A DNA stretch of 64,000 bases from assembly GCA_965222375.1 (NCBI GenBank), contig CBDCTZ010000016.1, positions 2,240,001-2,304,000 on the forward strand. Reading direction: 5' to 3'. The stretch is from Polyangiaceae bacterium. GTDB lineage: Bacteria > Myxococcota_A > Polyangia > Polyangiales > Polyangiaceae. A program made the translations under genes and the position numbers. Of the stretch, positions 57,894 to 64,000 are shown one piece after another; position 1 is the first letter of the stretch; every line of letters begins with the position of its first letter. Under the pieces are notes generated by a model that was given only the letters and a program-made list of their open reading frames with translations, was not told the origin of the DNA and did no database searches.

Positions 57894-58437
57894 CGCTTCC
57901 GCCCGTTCCCGCGCCGCCCGTTCCTGCCCCACCGGTTCCCGCCCCACCGGTTCCCGCCCCACCGGTTCCGGCTCCGCCGCTGCCTGCTGCGCCGCCGGTT
58001 GCCGCGCCGCCACTGCCTGCTGCGCCGCCGGTTGCCGCGCCGCCACTGCCTGCTGCGCCGCCGGTTGCCGCGCCGCCACTGCCCGCTGCGCCGCCGGTTG
58101 CCGCGCCGCCGCTGCCCGCTGCGCCACCGGTTGCGGTGCCGCCGCTGCCTGCTGCGCCGCCGGTCGCCGCGCCGCCACTGCCCGCTGCGCCGCCACTGCC
58201 CGCTGCGCCGCCACTGCCGGCAGCGCCGCCGCTACTACCGGCGGAGCCGCCCGAGCCACTCGAGCCGGCTGCGCCACTTGAGCCAGCGCTTCCGCCGGAC
58301 CCAGAGGTTCCGCCCGCGGAAGCGTCAGTGCTCCTGCCCGGGTCGATTTCACTGCGATCCACGTCAGTGATCAGGGCGCAGCCAACTGGTATCGCCAGCA
58401 CCAACCCAAACGCAACCAACCGTTTTGCTGCTGGCAT
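57871..58437 (-). CDS. Gly-rich low-complexity lipoprotein (paralog 2)
   Basis: Lipobox PVGC, ALITDVDRSEI, then GGAAGSGGAAT and GGAGT repeats. Confidence 0.8.
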   Translation of the reverse strand: MPAAKRLVAFGLVLAIPVGCALITDVDRSEIDPGRSTDASAGGTSGSGGSAGSSGAAGSSGSGGSAGSSGGAAGSGGAAGSGGAAGSGGAATGGAAGSGGTATGGAAGSGGAATGGAAGSGGAATGGAAGSGGAATGGAAGSGGAATGGAAGSGGAGTGGAGTGGAGTGGAGTGGAGTGGSVSDASTD

Positions 58438-58463
58438 CTTGTAAGCGCTTTCTTGTTGGGGTC

Positions 58464-59027
58464 TCAATCAGAACTAGCGTCGCCCGCATCCGCGCCAGAG
58501 GTGCCGCCGGTAGCGCCGCCATCCGTACCACCGGTGCCGCCGGTAGCGCCGCCAGTGCCGCCTGTTGCGCCGCCGGTGCCGCCTGTTGCGCCACCAGTGC
58601 CACCTGTTGCGCCGCCAGTGCCGCCGGTTGCGCCACCGGTGCCGCCTGTTGCGCCGCCAGTGCCGCCGGTAGCGCCACCGGTGCCGCCGGTAGCGCCGCC
58701 AGCGCCACCTGTCGCAGCGTCAGCTCCAGCAGAACCTCCGGTGCTCGCGTCCGCTCCCGCGGACCCGCCAGTGCCTGCGTCCGCCCCCGCGGAGCCTCCG
58801 GAACCGGACGCGCCGCCCGAACCGGACGCGCCGCCCGAACCGGACGCGCCGCCCGAACCGGACGCGCCGCCCGAACCGGACGCGCCGCCTGTGCCCGCGG
58901 CGCCTCCGGTGGTGCCCTCGGGGATTTCGTCGCGATCTACGTCCGTGATGAGCGTGCAGCCCGCTCCAAAGGCGAGTGCTACCGCGCTATAAAAGACAAG
59001 CTTGTTCCAAGTCGTGCTCGTGCGCAT
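58464..59027 (-). CDS. Gly-rich low-complexity lipoprotein (paralog 1)
   Basis: Lipobox GAGC, TLITDVDRDEI, then GGASGS and GGTGGAT repeats. Confidence 0.8.
   Translation of the reverse strand: MRTSTTWNKLVFYSAVALAFGAGCTLITDVDRDEIPEGTTGGAAGTGGASGSGGASGSGGASGSGGASGSGGASGSGGSAGADAGTGGSAGADASTGGSAGADAATGGAGGATGGTGGATGGTGGATGGTGGATGGTGGATGGTGGATGGTGGATGGTGGATGGTGGTDGGATGGTSGADAGDASSD
58801..58889. repeat. 18-bp tandem repeat, five copies (GAACCGGACGCGCCGCCC)
   Basis: Identical units directly visible; encode GGASGS. Confidence 0.95.
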
Positions 59028-59241
59028 CGGGGTACCTCTTCGGTCCAAATTGACCGGTGCCCATTGTTCTCGCTGGCCGCTCGAAAGGCAAGGCCGACCG
59101 CCCGATATCCTCGTGCCCTGGGCCCAAGAGCTAGAGTTGTCGGTAGCTGACTCGGCACAAAACGCCCCCTCCACGGGGTTTGGGCCCGCCGCAGTCGGTG
59201 CGGCATTGCGGCTGCGTGCGCCCGCTGCAAGAAGGGACGCT

Positions 59242-60126
59242 GTGCCTGGCGTCGATGTTCATTTGGTGGATGGTACGTACGAGTTGTTTCGCGCGTTCTA
59301 CGGAGCTCCCAGCGCGACCGGCGCGGGAGGCGCGGAGGTTGGTGCATGTGTCGGTCTAGCCAACTCTCTCGCTGCGCTACTTCGACGCGACGATGTGACG
59401 CACGTGGCTTGCGCCTTTGACCACGTCGTCGAGTCCTTTCGAAATGACCTTTTCGACGGCTACAAGACCGGGGCAGGAATCGAGCCCGAGTTGCTGGCGC
59501 AGTTTCACCCTGCTGAAGATGGTGTTCGAGCGTTGGGAGTCACGGTTTGGCCCATGGTGGAGTTCGAAGCAGACGACGCCTTGGCGACGGCTGCGGCTGC
59601 CTTCGCGGACCATCCGGATGTCGAGCGCGTCGTGATCTGCACGCCCGACAAAGATCTGGCCCAATGCGTGCGTGGCGCGCGGGTCGTTTGCTGGGATCGG
59701 GCGCGAGAACGAATCACAGATGAACCGGGTGTTCACGAGCGCTTCGGAGTGGCTCCCGCGTCGATTCCCGACTACCTGGCGCTCGTTGGCGACAGTGCCG
59801 ACGGCATTCCAGGGATCCCCAAGTGGGGCGCGAAGTCGTCTGCCGTCGTTCTCTCACGATATGGTCATCTGGAGGACATTCCCTCGAAGGTCGAGGATTG
59901 GGATGTCAAAGTGCGCGGGGCCAAGACCCTGTCCGCCAACTTGGAGGCCGGTCGAACAGAAGCTCGGCTGTACCGGACCCTTGCGACCTTGCGCGACGAC
60001 GTGCCCCTGGAGCTGTCGTTGGCGAGGCTCGAGTGGCAGGGGGCGGATCGCGCCCAGCTGCAGCGCTTCGCAGATCGGGTCGGAAGCCAGCGAATCATGG
60101 ACCGGGTCAGCCGTTTTTCGGACTAA
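59242..60126 (+). CDS. Stand-alone 5'-3' exonuclease / flap endonuclease
   Basis: LVDGT, FRNDLFDGYK, EADDALA, DKDLAQ, GDSADGIPGIPKWGAKS (H3TH). Confidence 0.93.
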   Translation: MPGVDVHLVDGTYELFRAFYGAPSATGAGGAEVGACVGLANSLAALLRRDDVTHVACAFDHVVESFRNDLFDGYKTGAGIEPELLAQFHPAEDGVRALGVTVWPMVEFEADDALATAAAAFADHPDVERVVICTPDKDLAQCVRGARVVCWDRARERITDEPGVHERFGVAPASIPDYLALVGDSADGIPGIPKWGAKSSAVVLSRYGHLEDIPSKVEDWDVKVRGAKTLSANLEAGRTEARLYRTLATLRDDVPLELSLARLEWQGADRAQLQRFADRVGSQRIMDRVSRFSD

Positions 60127-60198
60127 CGCCCGGACTTTCGCCGCAGAGCAGGGCTCGGTTTTGAGCTTCGGCGCTCCTCGGACTACGCTTGGGTGAAA

Positions 60199-61056
60199 AT
60201 GACTCGATGCGCGCTGTGCCTGCTTTCGCTGATGCTCCTGGCGGCGCCTGCTGCCGCGCAGGGCTATCCCCCGCCCAATTCCGGACAGCCCGGTTACGGC
60301 CAACAGCCCGGCTATGGCCAACAGCCCGGCTACGGCCAGCAGGGCTCGGGGCTGCAGTCTGGTGGGTTGGCGCCGCCATCGGGAACTTCTACGGGCTCCG
60401 GTTCTGGGGCTGCCCAAACCGAAGCAGAACTCGAGCGTGCCGAGCGTGAAGACTCCGGTCGAGGGTTGGAGTTCTTCTACATCAACGCGGAAGTGGGTGG
60501 GGAGCACCTCGGCTTGCAGACCTTCAAAGCCAACGACCTAGTGGATGCGGGCGTCGTCAAGACCTCCCAGACAGGACTCATGCTCGGCGCCGGTCTAGGC
60601 CTGCGGCTCGTGTTCATCACGCTTGGTCCGCGCTTCCGCATCGGCATGTTCGAAGAGTGGCAACTCTGGACACTCAATGGCGAACTCGGGATCCGAATCC
60701 CCCTCGGAGACGTGGAGCCCTACTTCACTTTTGGCGGAGGATACGCATCCGTGGGAGCTTTCGACTCCGGCAATCTCGGAGGTTCGCTCAACAGTGACGA
60801 CGTCGACATAACAGGTTACGACATCCGCGGGGGATTCGGGATCGACCTCTATCTCAGCCCCGCGTTTTCGATTGGCGCCAACCTGACCGGTGAGCTGCTG
60901 GTGCTCACGCGCCCCGGCGTAGATCCGAGCAAGCTCCAGGCAAGCGGGTCGACCGGAACGACCGGTGCGCAGGCTGCCTCTGAAGTCTACGCTGCGGACG
61001 GTTCGAGTATCGGTTCTGCCGTCACGCTGAGCGGAGTTCTCGGCCTCCACTTCTGA
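60199..61056 (+). CDS. Outer-membrane beta-barrel protein with N-terminal QPGYGQ repeats
   Basis: Signal peptide; QPGYGQ x3 (60286-60339); amphipathic strands (EPYFTFGGGY, GGFGIDLYL); terminal Phe (LGLHF). Confidence 0.78.
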   Translation: MTRCALCLLSLMLLAAPAAAQGYPPPNSGQPGYGQQPGYGQQPGYGQQGSGLQSGGLAPPSGTSTGSGSGAAQTEAELERAEREDSGRGLEFFYINAEVGGEHLGLQTFKANDLVDAGVVKTSQTGLMLGAGLGLRLVFITLGPRFRIGMFEEWQLWTLNGELGIRIPLGDVEPYFTFGGGYASVGAFDSGNLGGSLNSDDVDITGYDIRGGFGIDLYLSPAFSIGANLTGELLVLTRPGVDPSKLQASGSTGTTGAQAASEVYAADGSSIGSAVTLSGVLGLHF

Positions 61057-61065
61057 GATCTTCTC

Positions 61066-62202
61066 GTGCGACCCTTGCTGGGCATCGTACTCGCTCTTCT
61101 TCCTCTCGCTGTTGCGATCTATCTATGGCGCCGCGCGCGCGAGGTGTCTCGGGTGCCGCGGCGCTACGTGGTTTCGATGGTCTTGGGTGGCTTCGTCGTG
61201 GCGTTGGGCGCGTTGTGGCTCGAGCGCTTCGTGCTGGACTGGACTGGGCTCTCAGTGCGGTCTTCGGTCGCTGGTCCAACCGGCGCGCTGCTCGCAACCT
61301 TCTTGCTGGTGGCGCCGCTCGAAGAGGGTGCGAAGGTTCTCGTGGTGTGGCCCTTGTACGCGGCTCGCCAACTCGAGACGCGACGCATGGGCGTGATCTA
61401 CGCGGCCTGCGCCGGCGCGGGTTTCGCGTCGGCGGAAGCTCTCGTCGAGGTTTGGCTAGCGCCGTCTGAGCAGCCGCTGCTTTGGCTGCGGGTGCTATGC
61501 GGTCTACCCGGGCACGCGTTCTTTGCCGGAGCCTGGGGCTTTGCCTTGGGAGGGGATCGACGGCGGCGTGGCGGCTGGTTCTCGCTCGCGTGGATTGTGG
61601 CGGCTCTTAGCCATGGCCTATTCGATCACATCGTCTTCGGCCGCGGCGCTGCCTTGCTGGTAACCGCGGCACCCATGCTGCTGGCGATGGCTGGGCTATC
61701 CTGGTTGGCACTACGCGAGGCGCTTCCGGTGTCAGCAAAGAGCGGGCCCGGGCGCTCGGTGCTCCCAGAGCCCCCATCTCTTCGTGCCATGCGAGCAGCT
61801 CTGTCGACCACTGACAGACCCGTAATGCTGCACTGGATTGCCGCGGGTGCCCTAGTCACCCTGGGCGTAGTCATCGTGTCCCTAGTTGGTGCCGTGTTTT
61901 TGGGTCATTCGGTCGGGATCGATTTCGCGCTTGCGGACGAGTCGGACGTCCGTTCCAGCGGGCCGCTGATTCTGCTTGGTAGCGCTGTGCTGCTTGCGTT
62001 CCCAATTGCCGGTTATCTGATCGCGAAGGCCAGCGCGGCGACTAGCGTGCTCGAGCCAGCCTTGGGGGCAGCACTGGCGATTGCGGGAACCGTGGCGTTG
62101 TTGAGCGTTACCTCTCCAATCGCCGTGCTCGTCGCACTCGCTGGAGCTCCGGTCGCTTTTGCCCTCGCCTGCGGTGGCGCTTGGTTCGGGCTTGCGCGCT
62201 GA
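61066..62202 (+). CDS. PrsW family glutamic-type intramembrane protease with C-terminal TM extension
   Basis: EEGAK, GAGFASAE, PGHAFF, HGLFD. Confidence 0.88.
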   Translation: MRPLLGIVLALLPLAVAIYLWRRAREVSRVPRRYVVSMVLGGFVVALGALWLERFVLDWTGLSVRSSVAGPTGALLATFLLVAPLEEGAKVLVVWPLYAARQLETRRMGVIYAACAGAGFASAEALVEVWLAPSEQPLLWLRVLCGLPGHAFFAGAWGFALGGDRRRRGGWFSLAWIVAALSHGLFDHIVFGRGAALLVTAAPMLLAMAGLSWLALREALPVSAKSGPGRSVLPEPPSLRAMRAALSTTDRPVMLHWIAAGALVTLGVVIVSLVGAVFLGHSVGIDFALADESDVRSSGPLILLGSAVLLAFPIAGYLIAKASAATSVLEPALGAALAIAGTVALLSVTSPIAVLVALAGAPVAFALACGGAWFGLAR

Positions 62203-62211
62203 GCCAAGCTG

Positions 62212-63039
62212 TCAACGAGTCAGGCGCTCCACCACCCGTCGCCAGCTTTTGCTGACCAGGGCGCTGGTTAGCCGGGGAGAAAGACGCTGGCTGGCGTCGA
62301 GTAGGTGGGCTTCGCGAGTGATGAGAATTCGGGGCGAGTTCTTTCGGATGGCCCTGACGATGAGGGCAGCAGCCTGCTGGGGCGGCATCATTTTCTTGAA
62401 GATCTCGACCGCTCGGTCTCGAGTGCTTTCAGCCAAGCTACCGTCCGCGTAGCGACTCTTGGCAGCTATGTCCGTGGCGATGCCACCGGGATGGACACTG
62501 GTCACCCCAACGGAACTGTCGGCAAGCTCCACGCGCAGGGACTCACTCAAGCCGCGGACCGCGAACTTGCTAGCGCAATAGGATGAATTGAGGGGCATTC
62601 CAACGACCCCGAAGATGCTCGAGATGTTCACGATGTGTCCCTCGTCGGCGGCGAGCAGGTGGGGCAGGAAGAGCTTGCAGCCATACACGACGCCCCAGAA
62701 GTTGATTCCAAAAAGCCACTCGAAGTCCTCCAAAGACTGATCCTGGAAGGAGCCCGCTACACCAACACCCGCGTTGTTGACCAGGATCTCGACGCGCTCG
62801 TGCACCCCCATGGTCTCCCGCGCCAAGCGCTCCATCTGATCTAGCTTCGACACATCCACCACGTGCACGGTGGTTCGGCCCGAGCCATCGAGGGACTCTC
62901 GAGTCTGCTCCAGGCCATCGCCATTGACATCGACGAGCGCCAAGTCGCAGCCCGCACGCGCTAACGCCTGGCTCGTGGCTCGACCGATTCCACTTGCGGC
63001 TCCCGTGACGACCGCCACCCGACCTTCGAGACGTCTCAT
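62212..63039 (-). CDS. Short-chain dehydrogenase/reductase
   Basis: TGAASGIG, NNAG, NISS, YCASK, HPG. Confidence 0.95.
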   Translation of the reverse strand: MRRLEGRVAVVTGAASGIGRATSQALARAGCDLALVDVNGDGLEQTRESLDGSGRTTVHVVDVSKLDQMERLARETMGVHERVEILVNNAGVGVAGSFQDQSLEDFEWLFGINFWGVVYGCKLFLPHLLAADEGHIVNISSIFGVVGMPLNSSYCASKFAVRGLSESLRVELADSSVGVTSVHPGGIATDIAAKSRYADGSLAESTRDRAVEIFKKMMPPQQAAALIVRAIRKNSPRILITREAHLLDASQRLSPRLTSALVSKSWRRVVERLTR

Positions 63040-63092
63040 GCGCCTCTTGTACCGCGTCTGTTCCCGAGGCTCGCGCGCTTTTGCGCCTTGGC

Positions 63093-64000
63093 TCAGTTCC
63101 GGGATTCCAGCAGCGCGCGGTAGCTAGGATCCTGCAGCAAGGGGTCCGCGGGGAGGGTGCGCGGCGCGGGCAAGGGCTGGACCTTCTCGAACATCGACTT
63201 CAAGTCGAAGGCCACGAACCGGCCCGCAAGGTGCGGCCCCTCGCTGACCCAGAGAGTGCCTTCGCTGAAGTCCACGATCACGCCGTGGGCCGCCAGGACA
63301 CCATCAATCGCGCGACGGTCCCCGAGGGGCAGCGGCGTGCCATCCGCGGACTTGCGATCTCGAAGTAGTGCGGCTGTTCCCGCCGCGTCCTTGGGCACCT
63401 CCTGGAGCAGAGCATCTCCGCGGTTTCTGCGAGCTCGCGTCGAGGTGGATTCCAGAACGCGCAGGTTCTTGGGATCGCTCTTGGCCGGGCCTTCCAGGTG
63501 GTTGGTCACGCAGGCGCTACCTTTCAGCGGGCGCACGTGCTGGGGCGAGTCCACCAGGCGCTCAACGGCGTAGGCGTCGCCACCTTGGTCGGCCACGATC
63601 ACCATGTGACTGACCATCGCGTGCCCCTCAGCAAGCAGCTTCACCGCCCGCCGGGCGGACGTGGCGTGGGACAAGACCCGGCGTAGACTGTGCACGACGG
63701 GTTCGCCTCGGGTCTTGGTCGGGCCAGCGCGTGCGCCATGGGCCATGGCGGCAACGCCCCGCTGGTTGACACCACTAACCACGCCGACCAACCCTGGCCA
63801 GGCCACGGAAGCAAAGGGGATGGTGCCGTCCTCATGCACAAAAAAGACGACCTTGCGCCGGTCGAACACGCGGTTCACGTCGAAGTCGAAGTTCCGCGCC
63901 AGCAGCAAGGAGCCACCCCGAGGGCGTGCATCCACGAAGAACGTCGTGCAACCCACCAGCGGCGAACGCTCGAAGGACAGCGCAATGTCGTACAGAGCGT
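63093..64000 (-). CDS. C45 family Ntn-hydrolase (acyl-CoA:6-APA acyltransferase-like), 5' end beyond the right edge
   Basis: ALYDIALSFERSPLVG-CTTF, ARNFDF, SGVNQRG, VTNHL. Confidence 0.88.
   Translation of the reverse strand, partial: ALYDIALSFERSPLVGCTTFFVDARPRGGSLLLARNFDFDVNRVFDRRKVVFFVHEDGTIPFASVAWPGLVGVVSGVNQRGVAAMAHGARAGPTKTRGEPVVHSLRRVLSHATSARRAVKLLAEGHAMVSHMVIVADQGGDAYAVERLVDSPQHVRPLKGSACVTNHLEGPAKSDPKNLRVLESTSTRARRNRGDALLQEVPKDAAGTAALLRDRKSADGTPLPLGDRRAIDGVLAAHGVIVDFSEGTLWVSEGPHLAGRFVAFDLKSMFEKVQPLPAPRTLPADPLLQDPSYRALLESRN

Noticed and set aside
57900..58890. CRISPR-like repeat array
   Set aside because: Units are multiples of 3 nt, head-to-tail without unique spacers, and encode Gly-rich peptides; no cas genes.
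57764..58992. Pro-rich + strand ORFs (57764-58444, 58453-58992)
   Set aside because: Antisense shadows of the Gly-rich lipoprotein genes, which have lipoboxes and a shared cap motif.

Overview
GC-rich, gene-dense bacterial chromosome segment. The gene content points to a myxobacterium, most likely Polyangiales/Polyangiaceae-like (inference): eukaryotic-type Ser/Thr kinases, MYXO-CTERM-type sorting tails, a FrzS/AglZ-like pseudo-receiver coiled-coil protein, a GltJ/AgmX-like protein and many Gly-rich lipoproteins. About 50 CDS are supportable, mostly housekeeping, envelope or metabolic (hisIE, thiolase, pgeF, PBP1A, ferredoxin, phoD, hutG/hutF, rlpA, rsmG, hsp20). I saw no rRNA, tRNA, CRISPR array, integrase or transposase. 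The two most notable loci are (1) two hydrazine-synthase-alpha-like c-type cytochrome lipoproteins flanking a secreted HEAT-repeat protein (9333-15925), the second carrying three tandem atypical CX4CH/CX8CH modules, and (2) a yceI / Cyc2-like cytochrome-beta-barrel / MYXO-CTERM monoheme cytochrome cassette (55296-57893). Other observations: a >1200-aa secreted-protein ORF absent from the ORF track whose start is out of frame across a G9 tract, two structured intergenic ncRNA candidates, a recurrent leaderless-promoter signature, tandem Gly-rich lipoproteins, a bacterial cereblon and two decayed lipoprotein gene remnants. All family assignments come from motif recognition by eye, not from database searches.
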